Below are positions 22,550 through 36,300 of a stretch of DNA of 64,000 nt, one piece after another. Made by a program: the position numbers and the translations under genes. Where the stretch lies: positions 1-64,000 of the forward strand of contig NIVC01000221.1 of NCBI GenBank assembly GCA_002269645.1, given 5' to 3'. The first letter of the stretch is position 1. Each line of letters opens with the position of its first letter. Source of the DNA: Macrostomum lignano. Taxonomy: Eukaryota. The notes under the pieces were generated by a model, which saw only the letters and a program-made list of their open reading frames with translations, was not told where the DNA came from and did no database searches.

Positions 22550-23761
22550 CCCCGCGAGAGGGAGGATGGGGTAGGGGCACGAGAAGTGTGCGTGATTTTC
22601 TTCCCGGGTCTATATTTTCTAGATTAGTGTACGATTGTACACTCGGTTCCGCATTTGATATAGAAAGTTGGGGGTCAAAAATACCCCGCCAATTCCTTTT
22701 CCATGCGGTATTTTATTGGATCTGAGCGGAGCCAGCCAACCGGCACTCTCGCAGGAGTGAAATTGCGACTTCGCCAGAGTACAGTCTCTCAAAGAAGAAG
22801 ACCGCTTCCTCTTGCAGCATGTCTTTTCGACTCGAATCGGATAGAAAACGGTGTTTATCCAGAAAATAATTGGCAGAAGCTGACCAATAATAGCTAAATA
22901 CAGATGAAAATATGAAAGACAATTTCTGTAGTTATTCAAGGCCTGTCGGTCTCTGTTTACGAAAATGGTTGTCAAAAATCGCTGTATCAATTTAATAACC
23001 CGGGGGGAAACGGAGTTTGTGTGCAAAGCATCTGATTGACAGAGGCTCGGGGAAGAGTAATAGTCGATGAAAAGCTCTTGCCATCTTCTAAAATATCCAC
23101 AAAGAGTAATAAAGGTGACGGAGATCCCCTGTCGCAAGCCAAAACAGAGAGACGGAGTTTTCTACTTCTGTTTACGTAATGTTTGGGGATGCTTCCCTGT
23201 CACCTGGGGTTATAGGGACAGAGAGTCAGTTATGGCATTTACGCGGTAGTAAAGAATTGCCTTGGTGAGGCTGGGGTAGGTGTTGTTCTCTCCATATTTG
23301 CGACATTATTAGTCTCCTGGGTTGAATTTGGAATATGGCTAGAATGTATTGTGGGGAATCGTTGAATTGAAGGGTGATTCAAAATGTAGTGTGTGCAACA
23401 ACACAGATTCAGTGCATCTAAAAGAGGCTGTTGGGAGCTTCAGAACTGAGAATAACGTTTAAAATAGCATCAATGGCATGATTTAGTAATCGATACTGAA
23501 ATCATTCAGTATAATAGCAGACTGTGTTTTTAGCGCCAACTAGCAATCTACGCCCCCCGTTGGGGAGCCAAAGATATGCTATACACGTTTTTTTAATAAG
23601 CAACATGTATCCTTGAAATCTTAAAAAATCTCCTGTCAAACCTTGTAAGCCTTGACATGTCAGTAATTCCCCCCCCCAGCTTTAACATATCAACTTCCCC
23701 CCTTGACATCTCAGCAATGCCCCCAATAAGCCTTGGAAATCTAAAAATATCTGTCAACCTT

Positions 23762-23805
23762 CTAACCCTAACCCTAACCCTAACCCTAACCCTAACCTAA
23801 CCCTA
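23762..23805 (-). repeat. Interstitial (TTAGGG)n tract in H1
   Basis: About 7 TAACCC units on the plus strand. Confidence 0.9.
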
Positions 23806-24574
23806 AAGCATTGAAATTTCAGTAATTCTCTCTAAGAGTCATTATAGCACTACTACAGCATTCGTAGCGATAAGCTTCTTTTATTTTTTACATAACGCTT
23901 TTTTATCAGCGATCCCTCGCCTGAGGAGGCATCAAATAATGTAATAAAAAGTTTTCAATAAACTACATGTAGCTTCTGACTTTAGCCTTGAAATCTCATT
24001 TATACCCCCGTGAGCCTTGACATCTCAGCTATTCCCCCCCGTCCGTAAGCCTTGACATGTCAGCGATGGCCCCCATAAACCTTGAAATCGAAATAATCCA
24101 CTGTTAACCTTGAAACCCGATAAAATATAACCCTCAACCCACACCTGACCTAAACCTAACTTTAACCCAACCTAAAGCCTTGAAATCTCAGCAATTCTTC
24201 TCCCCTAAGCCTTGACATTTTAGTGATTCCTTCTTTAAGAATCAAGCACTATAACGATTTCCACCAAGCTTTGACATCGTAGCAATTCCCAAATTAATCT
24301 TTTAACTTCGACATGACTTTTCTTTTATGTATACGTAGTGCTACTTTTATTTTTTACATGACTCTGCTACATGACCCTGTGGCGAGCCAACAAAGAATGC
24401 AATAAAAAATTGAGTAAAGTACATGAACTTTGAAGTAGCTTCTGACTTTTGCTTTGAGATCCCAGAAACAACCCCCCCCCCCTCGTAATCTCAGTTATTC
24501 TCTGAGAGCCTTTACGTCTCAGTTTTTCTTCCCAGCACAGCATTATAGCTGCATTTCATTTTTACATGACATCC

Positions 24575-27500
24575 TTCATGTCTGACATGACGCTTCTTTT
24601 GATTTTTACATTACACTTCTTTTATTCTTCCATGATGCTTCTTAATTTTTTAAATGATGCTTTAATTAGTTTTTAAATGAGGCTTCTATGATTTTTTCAT
24701 GACGCTTCTATGATTGTTTACATGACGCTTCTATGCTTTTTACATGACGCTTCTATGCTTTTTACATGACGCTTCTATGATTATTTCATGACGCTTCGAT
24801 GATTGTTTACATGACGCTTCTATGATTGTTTACATGATGCTTCTACGATTTCTGCAGGATGCTTCCATGATTTTTACATGATGCTTCTATGATTTTTTCA
24901 TGACGCTCCTATGATTTTTTTATGACGCTTCTATGATTGTTTACATGACGCTTCTATGCTTTTTACATGACGCTTACATGCTTTTTACATGACGCTTCCA
25001 TGATTTTTTACATGACACTTCTATGATTTTTACATGATGCTTCCATGATTTTTTCATGACGCTTCTGTGATTGTTTATATGACGCTTCTATGCTTTTTAT
25101 ATGACGCTTCCATGATTTTTTACATGACACTTCTATGATTTATACATGACGCTTCCATGATTTTTTCATGACGCTTCTGTGATTGTTTATATGACGCTTC
25201 TATGCTTTTTATATGACGCTTCTATGATTGTTTACATGACGCTTCTATGCTTTTTATATGACGATTCTATGATTGTTTACATGACGCTTCTATGATTTTT
25301 ACATGACGTTTCTATGATTTTTTCATGACGCTCCTATGTTTTTTTCATGACGCTTCTACGATTTTTTCATGATGCTTCTATGATTTTTACATGACGCTAC
25401 TATGATTTTTACATGACGCTTCCATGATTTTTTACATGACGCTTCTATGATTATTTCATGACGCTTCTATGATTATTTCATGACGCTTCTACGATATCTG
25501 CAGGACGCTTCTATGATTGTTTACATGACGCTTCTATGATTTTTACATGACGCTTCTATGATTTTTTCATGACGCTCCTATGTTTTTTTCATGACGCTTC
25601 TATGATTTTTTCATGACGCTTCTATGATTTTTTACATGACGCTACTATGATTTTTACATGACGCTTCCATGATTTTTTACATGACGCTTCTATGACTTTT
25701 TACATGACGTTTCCATGATTTTTTACATGACACTTCTATGATTTTTACATGACGCTTCCATGATTTTTTTTCATGACGCTTCCATGATTTTTTACATGAC
25801 GCTTCCATGATTTTTTCATGACGCTTCTATGATTTTTACATGACGCTTCCATGATTTTTTACATGGCACTTCTATGATTTTTTGCATGACGCTTCTATGA
25901 TTGTTTACATGACGCTTCTATGATTTTTTACATGACGCTTCTATGATTGTTTACATGACACTTCTATGATTTTTTACATGACGCTTCTATGATTGTTTAC
26001 ATGACGCTTCTATGATTTTTTACATGACGCTTCTATGATATTTTCATGACGCTTCTATGATTGTTTACATGACGCTTCTATGCTTTTTACATGACGCTTC
26101 TATGCTTTTTACATGACGCTTCTATGATATTTTCATGACGCTTCCACAATTTTTTACATGACGCTTCTATGATTGTTTACATGACGCTTCTATGATTTTT
26201 ACATGATGCTTCTACGATTTCTGCAGGACGCTTCTATGATTTTTACAAGATGCTTCTATGATTTTTTCATGACGCTCCTATGATTTTTTCATGACGCTTC
26301 CATGATTTTTTACATGACGCTTCTATGATTTTTTACATGACGCTTCTATGATTTTTTACATGACGCTTCTATGATATTTTCATGACGCTTCTATGATTGT
26401 TTACATGACGCTTCTATGCTTTTTACATAACGCTTCTATGCTTTTTACATGACGCTTCTATGATATTTTCATGACGCTTCCACAATTTTTTACATGACGC
26501 TTCTATGATATTTTCATGACGCTTTCACAATTTTTTACATGACGCTTCTATGATTGTTTACATGACGCTTCTATGATTTTTACATGATGCTTCTACGATT
26601 TCTGCAGGACGCTTCTATGATTTTTACATGATGCTTCTATGATTTTTTCATGACGCTCCTATGATTTTTTACATGACGCTTCTATGATTTTTTACATGAC
26701 GCTTCTATGATATTTTCATGACGCTTCTATGATTGTTTACATGACGCTTCTATGCTTTTTACATGACGCTTCTATGCTTTTTACATGACGCTTCTATGAT
26801 ATTTTCATGACGCTTCCACAATTTTTTACATGACGCTTCTATGATTATTTCATGACGCTTCTATGATTTTTTCATGACGCTTCTACGATATCTGCAGGAC
26901 GCTTCTATGATTGTTTACATGACGCTTCTATGATTTTTACATGACGCTTCTATGATTTTTTCATGACGCTTCTATGTTTTTTTCATGACGCTTCTATGAT
27001 TTTTTCATGACGCTTCTATGATTTTTTACATGACGCTACTATGATTTTTACATGACGCTTCCATGATTTTTTACATGACACTTCTATGATTTTTACATGA
27101 CGCTTCCATGATTTTTTTTCATGACGCTTCCATGATTTTTTACATGACGCTTCCATGATATTTTCATGACGCTTCCACAATTTTTTACATGACGCTTCTA
27201 TGATTGTTTACATGACGCTTCTATGATTTTTACATGATGCTTCTACGATTTCTGCAGGACGCTTCTATGATTTTTACATGATGCTTCTATGATTTTTTCA
27301 TGACGCTCCTATGATTTTTTACATGACGCTTCTATGATTTTTTACATGACGCTTCTATGATATTTTCATGACGCTTCTATGATTGTTTACATGACGCTTC
27401 TATGCTTTTTACATGACGCTTCTATGCTTTTTACATGACGCTTCTATGATATTTTCATGACGCTTCCACAATTTTTTACATGACGCTTCTATGATTATTT

Positions 27501-28195
27501 CATGACGCTTCTATGATTTTTTCATGACGCTTCTACGATATCTGCAGGACGCTTCTATGATTGTTTACATGACGCTTCTATGATTTTTACATGACGCTTC
27601 TATGATTTTTTCATGACGCTTCTATGTTTTTTTCATGACGCTTCTATGATTTTTTCATGACGCTTCTATGATTTTTTACATGACGCTACTATGATTTTTA
27701 CATGACGCTTCCATGATTTTTTACATGACGCTTCTATGATTTTTTACATGACGCTTCCATGATTTTTTACATGACACTTCTATGATTTTTACATGACGCT
27801 TCCATGATTTTTTTTCATGACGCTTCCATGATTTTTTACATGACGCTTCCATGATTTTTTCATGACGCTTCTATGATTTTTACATGACGCTTCCATGATT
27901 TTTTACATGGCACTTCTATGATTTTTGCATGACGCTTCTATGATTGTTTACATGACGCTTCTATGATTTTTTACATGACGCTTCTATGATTGTTTACATG
28001 ACACTTCTATGATTTTTTACATGACGCTTCTATGATTGTTTACATGACGCTTCTATGCTTTTTACATGACGCTTCTATGCTTTTTACATGACGCTTCTAT
28101 GATATTTTCATGACGCTTTCACAATTTTTTACATGACGCTTCTATGATTTTTTACATGACGCTTCTATGATTTTTTACATGACGCTTCTATAATT
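24575..28195. repeat. 22-23-bp satellite A (CATGACGCTTCTATGATTKTTTA)n
   Basis: Continuous tandem array with a ~650-bp higher-order block duplication. Confidence 0.97.
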
Positions 28196-28882
28196 TTTTA
28201 GTTTTTTTTTTGTGTTAAAAGGCTTTAATTAAAAAAATTCCACTCTCTAAAAATTCGAACCATCGTCCCTGCATTTAGCAGTCAGTCTGTTTAAATCAAG
28301 TCTGGTGTTTCGCTTCCACACTGCATTTTCAATACTGTGACGCAATTCAAGTCGGAGTTACAATTCAGTTATGATGCAATCTATTTTAGAATCAGAATTC
28401 AACCAGTCAATTTTTTTCTAGCATTCTTACAATGCATTTCAAGTCGAAAAGTTTGCTTGACCTTTGCAAAAAAGCATGTTTTTCGAGTATTTAATGCCTT
28501 TAGCATCGAGCAATTTCTTAGCCAAGACACATGTACCGTCACGGGAAAATTTCTGATCGAACAGTGCAAGTCTCATGAAAATCGGTTAAGCCATTTTTTC
28601 TCTAATCGATTACAAGCAAGCAAGCAAGCAAGATTTTCATTTTTAGTATATAGGACTAGCAATCTACGCCTCCCGTTGGGGAGCCAAAGAAATGCAATAC
28701 ACGTTTTTTTTAATAAGCTACATATATATCCTTGAAATCTTAAAAAATCTCCTGTCAAACCTTGTAAGCCTTGACATGTCAATAATTCCCCCCCCACAAG
28801 CTTTAACATATCAACTTCCCCCCTTGACATCTCAGCAATGCCCCCAATAAGCCTTGGAAATCTAAAAATATCTGTCAACCTT

Positions 28883-28943
28883 CTAACTCTAACCCTAGCC
28901 GAACCCTAACCCTAACCCTAACCCTAACCCTAACCTAACCCTA
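28883..28943 (-). repeat. Interstitial (TTAGGG)n tract in H2
   Basis: TAACCC units at the position homologous to 23762-23805. Confidence 0.9.
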
Positions 28944-29759
28944 AAGCATTGAAATTTCAGTAATTCTCTCTAAGAGTCATAATAACACTACTACAGCATT
29001 ATAGCGATTCCCTGCAAGCCTCGACATCGTAGGGATTCCCAAATGGATATCTTAACTTCGACATGAAGCTTCTTTTATTTTTTACATTACGTTTTTTTAT
29101 CAGCGATCCCTCCCCTGAGGAGGCATCAAATAATGTAATAAAAAGTTTTCAATAAACTACATGTAGCTTCTGACTTTAGCCTTGAAATCTCATTTATACC
29201 CCCGTGAGCCTTGACATCTCAGCTATTCCCCCCGTAAGCCTTAACATGTCAGCGATGGCCCCCATAAACCTTGAAATCTAAAAAATCCCCTGTTATTCTG
29301 TTAACCTTGAAACCTGATAAAATATAACCCTCAACCCACACCTGACCTAAACCTAACTTTAACCCAACCTAAAGCCTTGAAATCTCAGCAATTCTTCTCC
29401 CCTAAGCCTTGACATTTTAGTGATTCCTTCTTTAAGAATCAAGCACTATAACGATTTCCACCAAGCTTTGACATCGTAGCAATTCCCAAATTAATCTTTT
29501 AACTTGAACATGACTTTTCTTTTATGTATACGTAGTGCTACTTTTATTTTTTACATGACTCTTCTTCTATCAGCGCCCCCCGTGGCGAGCCAACAAAGAA
29601 TGCAATAAAAAATGAGTAAAGTACATGAACTTTGAAGTAGCTTCTGACTTTTACTTTGACATCTCAGAAACCCCCCCCCCCCGTAATCTCAGTTATTCTC
29701 TGAGAGCCTTTATGTCTCAGTTTTTTCTCCCCAGCACAGCATTATAGCTGCATTTAATT

Positions 29760-31235
29760 TTTACATGACACCCTTCATGTCTGACATGACGCTTCTTTTA
29801 TTCTACCATGATGCTTCTTAATTTTTTAAATGACACTTTCATTAGTTTTTAAATGAGGCTTCTATGATTTTTTCACGACGCTTCTATGATTTTTACATGA
29901 CACTTCTATGATTTTTTACATGACGCTTCTATGATTTTTTACATGACGCTTCTATGATTGTTTACATGACGCTTCTATGATTTTTAAATGACGCTTCTAT
30001 GATTTTTTACATGACCCTTCTATGATTGTTTACATGACGCTTCTATGATTGTTTACATGACGCTTCTATGATTTTTTACATGACGCTTCTATGATTTTAA
30101 ATGACGCTTCTATGATTTTTTACATGACGCTTCTATGATTGTTTACATGACGCTTCTATAATTTTTAAATGACGCTTCTACAATTTTTTACATGACACTT
30201 GAATGATTGTTAACATGACGCTTCTATGATTTTTTGCATGACGCTTCTATGATTTTTATATGACGCTTCTACGATTTTTTACATGGCGCTTCTATGATTG
30301 TTTACATGACGCTTCTACGATTGTTTACATGACGCTTCTATGATTGTTTACATGACGCTTTTATGATTGTTTACATGACGCTTCTACAATTTTTTACATG
30401 ACGCTTCTATGATTGTTTACATGACGCTTCTATGATTGTTTACATGACGCTTCTATGATTGTTTACATGACGCTTTTATGATTTTTTACATGACGCTTCT
30501 ATGATTTTTTTACATGACGCTTCTATGATTTTTTACATGACGCTTCTATGATTGTTTACATGACGCTTTTATGATTGTTTACATGACGCTTCTACAATTT
30601 TTTACATGACGCTTCTATGATTGTTTACATGACGCTTCTATGATTGTTTACATGACGCTTCTATGATTGTTTACATGACGCTTCTATGATTTTTTACATG
30701 ACACTTCTATGATTGTTTACATGACGCTTCTATGATTGTTTACATGACGCTTTTATGATTTTTTACATGACGCTTCTATGATTTTTTACATGACGCTTCT
30801 ATGATTTTTTACATGACGCTTCTATAATTGTTTACATGACGCTTCTATGATTGTTTACATGACGCTTCTATGATTGTTTACATGACGCTTCTATGATTGT
30901 TTACATGACGCTTCTATGATTGTTTACATGACGCTTCTATGATTTTTTACATGACGCTTTTATGATTTTTTACATGACGCTTCTATGATTTTCACATGAC
31001 GCTTCTATGATTTTTTAAATGACGCTTCAATGATTTTTATATGACGCTTCTACGATTCTTTACATGACGCTTCTATGATTGTTTACATGACGCTTCTATG
31101 ATTTTTTACATGACACTTCTATGATTGTTTACATGACGCTTCTATGATTTTTTACATGACACTTCTATGATTGTTTACATGACGCTTCTATGATTGTTTA
31201 CATGACGCTTCTATGATTTTTACATGACGCTTCTT
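29760..31235. repeat. 23-bp satellite A, second array
   Basis: Same monomer as 24575-28195. Confidence 0.97.
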
Positions 31236-32789
31236 TTTAAAAAGTCTTAGTTTTCCTGACGTTGAAAAGCTTTAATTAAAAAAATTATACTCTATGAAAA
31301 TTCGAACCATCGTCTTTGCATTTAGCAGTTCAGTTTGTTCACCTCTAGGTTAGCTCTCATCGTTTTGATAACATCAAATTTTGCACTTATATAATTCAAC
31401 ACTTTAAAATCCAAGCATAGAGTAAATCACACGAAGCAGTTATGACATAATCAATATCCAGTCAGTCAGTATCAGTTAACAATATGGTTACGCAATTTAA
31501 ATCAAGTCTGGTGCTACGCTTCCACACTGCATTTTCAATTCAAGTCGGAGTTACAATTCAGTTATGATGCAATCTATTTCAGAATCAGAATTCAACCAGT
31601 CAGTTTGTTCTCTAGCATTCTTACAATGCATTTCAAGTCGAAAAGTTTGCTTGACCTTTGCAAAAAAGCATGTTTTTCGAATATTTAATGCCTTTAGCAT
31701 CGAGCAATTTCTTAGCCACGATGCATGTACAGTCACGGGAAAATTTCTGATCGAACAGTGCAAGTTCGAACAAAATCGGTCCAGCCATTTTTTCTCTAAT
31801 CGATCACATAGACACAGACAGACCATTTTTAGTATATAGGACTAGCAATCTTTGCCCCCCGTTGGGGTACATCTGTATAGAATCTCTGTCTGTTTTCTTT
31901 GTGAAAGCTTTATTTGGCTATCTTCTTATTACTTGTAGAGAACAGAGATTCTATACAGATGTCCCCCAATGGGGGCGAAGATTGCTAGTCCTATATACTA
32001 AAAATGGTCTGTTGCTAGGTACGAGTATGCGATCAATTTTAGCAAAATTGGCTGGACCGATTTTCTTCGAACTTGCACTGTTCGATCAGAAATTTTTCTG
32101 GGACGGTACATGCAACGTGGCTAAGAAATTGCTCGATGCTAAATGGATTAAATATTCGAAAAACATGCTTTTTTGCAAATTTCAAGCAAACTTTTCGACT
32201 TGAAATACATTGTAAGAATGCTAGAGAAAAAACTGACTGGTTGAATTCTGATTCTGAAATAGATTGCATCATAACTGAATTTTAACTCCGACTTGAATTG
32301 AAAATGCAGTGTGAAGCGTAGCACCAGACTTGATTTAAATTGCCTAACCATATTGTTAACTGATACTGACTGACTGAGAAACTGATTATGTCATAACTGC
32401 TTGGATTTTAAAGTGTTGAATTACATAAGTGCAAAATTTGATGTTATCAAAACGATGAGAGCTAGCCTAGAGGTGAACAAACTGAACTGCTTAATGCAGC
32501 AACGATAGTTCAAATTTTCACACAGTATAATTTTTTTAATTAAAGCTTTTCAACGTAAAGATTTGGGTGATGCTTGCTATCTAGGGATGCTTGCTATCCG
32601 GGGGATGCTTGCAATCCAGGGGATGCTTGCTATCTGGGGGATGCTTGCTGTCTTGGATGATTTCTTTTTGCATTGCACTTCATTTGAGTAGTTTGTCTGT
32701 TTTCTTTGTGAAAGCTTTATTTGGCTATCTTCTTATTACTTGTAGAGAACAAACTACTCAAATGAAGTGCAATGCAAAAAAAATCATCC

Positions 32790-33255
32790 CAAGACAGCAA
32801 GCCTCCCCCAGATAGCAAGCATTCCCCGGAATGCAAGCATTCCCCGGAATGCAAGCATTCCCCGGAATGCAAGCATTCCCCGGATAGCAAGCATCCCCCA
32901 GATAGCAAGCATCACCCAAATAGCAAGCATCCCCCAGATAGCAAGCATCCCCCAGATGGCAAGCATCCCCAGATAGCAAGCATCCCCCAGATAGCAAGCA
33001 TCCCCCAGATAGCAAGCATCCCCCAGATAGCAAGCATCCCCCAGATAGCAAGCATCACCCAAATAGCAAGCATCCCCCAGATAGCAAGCATCCCCCAGAT
33101 AGCAAGCATCTTGCAGATAGCAAGCATCTTGCAGATAGCAAGCATCCCCCAGATAGCAAGCATCCCCCAGATAGCAAGCATCCCCCAGATAGCAAGCATC
33201 CCCCAGATAGCAAGCATCCCCCAGATAGATAGCATCCCCAAATAGCAAGCATCCA
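32790..33255. repeat. 18-bp satellite (GATAGCAAGCATCCCCCA)n; also at ~32570-32650 (inverted), ~39970-40200 and ~43400-43845
   Basis: Tandem 17-18-nt units. They explain the IASIPQ/GDACYL/MLAIWG pseudo-ORFs. Confidence 0.95.
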
Positions 33256-33339
33256 CCAGACAATAAGTAGCTAGTGCGACAGTTTCCTTAGCATTATAGT
33301 GGCTCCTTTAAAATTCGCTCTCTTTTACGTTTGAAATTG

Positions 33340-36300
33340 TGCATCTTTTATGTTTGACATGGTGGCTCTTTTATGTTTGAAATGAAGTCACTTATATGTT
33401 TGACATGGTGAATCTTTTAAATGTTTTACAGGTTGGCTCTTTAATTTTTAACATGGTGGCTCTATTATGTTCGACATAGTGGCTCCTTTATGTTCGACAT
33501 GGTGGCTCTTTTATATTTATATTAGACATGGTGGCTCTTTTATGTTCTACATGGTGGTTCTTTTATGTTCGACTTGGTGGCTCCTTTATGTTCGACATGG
33601 TGGCTCTTAAATGTTCGACATGGTGGCGCTTTAATGTTCGACATGGTGGCTCTTTAATGTTTGACATGGTGGCTCTTTAATGTTTGACATGGTAGCTCTT
33701 TAATGTTCGACATGGTGGCTCTTTAATGTTCGAAATGGTCGTTTTTATGTTTTACATTGTGGCATTTTAATGCTCAACATGGTAGCTATTTTATGTTTGA
33801 AATAAAGTCTCTTATATGTTTGACATGGTGGCTCTTTAATGCTCTACATGGTGGCTCTTTAATGCTCTACATGGTGGCTCTTCAATGTTCTACATGGTGG
33901 CTCTTTAATGCTTGACAATGTGGCTCTTTAAGGTTCGAAATGGTGGCTCTTTTATGTTTGACATGGTGGCTCTTTAATGTTCGACATGGTGGCTTTTAAG
34001 GTTTCGAAATGGTGGCTCTTTAATGTTTGACATGGTGGCTCCTTAATGTTTGACATGGTGGCTCTTTTATGTTCAAAATAGTGGCTCTTCAGTGTTCGAC
34101 ATGGTGGCTCTTTATTATTCAACAAACTGGGTCTTTAATGTTTGACATGGTGGCTCTTCAATGTTTGACATGGTGGCTCTTTAATTTTTGACATGGTGGC
34201 TCTTTAATGTTCAACATGGTGGCTCTTTTATGTTCGACATGGTGGCTCCTTTATATTCGACATGGTGGCTCCTTAATGTTCGACACGATGGCACTTTAAT
34301 GTTCGACATGGTGGCTCTTTTATATTAGACATGGTGGCTCTTTAATGTTTGACATGGTGGCTCTTTAATGTTCTACATGGTGGCTCTTTTATGTTCGACA
34401 TGGTGGCTCCTTTATATTCGACATGGTGGCTCCTTAATGTTCGACACGATGGCACTTTAATGTTCGAAATGGTGGCTCTTTTATATTAGACATGGTTGCT
34501 CTTTAATGTTTGACATGGGGGCTCTATTATGTTTACATGGTGGCTCTTTAATGTTTGACATGGTGGCTCTTTAATGTTCGACATGGTGGCTCTAATGTTT
34601 GACATGGTGGCTCTTCAATGTTTGACATGGTGGCTCTTTAATTTTTGACATTGTGGCTCTTTTATGTTCGACATGGTGGCTCTAATGTTTGACATGGTGG
34701 CTCTTTGATGTTTGACATGGTGGCTTTTTAATTTTTGACATTGTGGCTCTTTAATGTTTGACATGGTGGCTCTTTAATGTTTGACATGGTGGCTCTTTAA
34801 TGTTCTACATGGTGGTTCTTTTATGTTCGACTTGGTGGCTCCTTTATGTTCGACATGGTGGCTCTTAAATGTTCGACATGGTGGCGCTTTAATGTTCGAC
34901 ATGGTGGCTCTTTAATGTTTGACATGGTGGCTCTTTAATGTTTGACATGGTAGCTCTTTAATGTTCGACATGGTGGCTCTTTAATGTTCGAAATGGTCGT
35001 TTTTATGTTTTACATTGTGGCATTTTAATGCTCAACATGGTAGCTATTTTATGTTTGAAATAAAGTCTCTTATATGTTTGACATGGTGTCTCTTTAATGC
35101 TCTACATGGTGGCTCTTTAATGCTCTACATGGTGGCTCTTCAATGTTCTACATGGTGGCTCTTTAATGCTTGACAATGTGGTCTTTAAGGTTCGAATGGC
35201 GCTCTTTTATGTTTGACATGGTGGCTCTTTAATGTTCGACATGGTGGTTTTAGGTTCGAAATGGTGGCTCTTTAATGTTTGACATGGTGGCTCCTTAATG
35301 TTTGACATGGTGGCTCTTTTATGTTCAAAATAGTGGCTCTTCAGTGTTCGACATGGTGGCTCTTTATTATTCAACAAACTGGGTCTTTAATGTTTGACAT
35401 GGTGGCTCTTCAATGTTTGACATGGTGGCTCTTTAATTTTTGACATGGTGGCTCTTTAATGTTCAACATGGTGGCTCTTTTATGTTCGACATGGTGGCTC
35501 CTTTATATTCGACATGGTGGCTCCTTAATGTTCGACACGATGGCACTTTAATGTTCGACATGGTGGCTCTTTTATATTAGACATGGTGGCTCTTTAATGT
35601 TTGACATGGTGGCTCTTTAATGTTCGACATGGTGGCTCTTTTATGTTCGACATGGTGGCTCCTTTATATTCGACATGGTGGCTCCTTAATGTTCGACACG
35701 ATGGCACTTTAATGTTCGACATGGTGGCTCTTTTATATTAGACATGGTTGCTCTTTAATGTTTGACATGGGGGCTCTATTATGTTTACATGGTGGCTCTT
35801 TAATGTTTGACATGGTGGCTCTTTAATGTTCGACATGGTGGCTCTAATGTTTGACATGGTGGCTCTCATGTTTGACCATGGTGGCTCTTTAATTTTTGAC
35901 ATTGTGGCTCTTTTATGTTCGACATGGTGGCTCTAATGTTTGACATGGTGGCTCTTTGATGTTTGACATGGTGGCTTTTTAATTTTTGACATTGTGGCTC
36001 TTTAATGTTTGACATGGTGGCTCTTTAATGTTCGAAATGGTCGTTTTTATGTTTTACATTGTGGCATTTTAATGCTCAACATGGTAGCTATTTTATGTTT
36101 GAAATAAAGTCTCTTATATGTTTGACATGGTGGCTCTTTAATGCTCTACATGGTGGCTCTTTAATGCTCTACATGGTGGCTCTTCAATGTTCTACATGGT
36201 GGCTCTTTAATGCTTGACAATGTGGCTCTTTAAGGTTCGAAATGGTGGCTCTTTTATGTTTGACATGGTGGCTCTTTAATGTTCGACATGGTGGCTTTTT

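Larger units (their letters stand above)
23540..28655 (-). mobile_element. Non-autonomous Helitron H1 (subfamily A)
   Basis: 5' TCCTATATACTAAAAATG starts at 28655. The 3' hairpin GCTCCCCAACGGGGGGC lies 8 nt before the terminal CTAG at 23543-23540, followed by T. Confidence 0.85.
28656..31841 (-). mobile_element. Non-autonomous Helitron H2 (subfamily A)
   Basis: CTAG 3' end at 28656 directly abuts the TC start of H1. Its own 5' TCCTATATAC starts at 31841. Same internal layout as H1. Confidence 0.85.

Noticed and set aside
23762-23805. True chromosome end or telomere fusion
   Set aside because: The tracts are short, single-orientation and at a fixed position inside a repeated Helitron unit.
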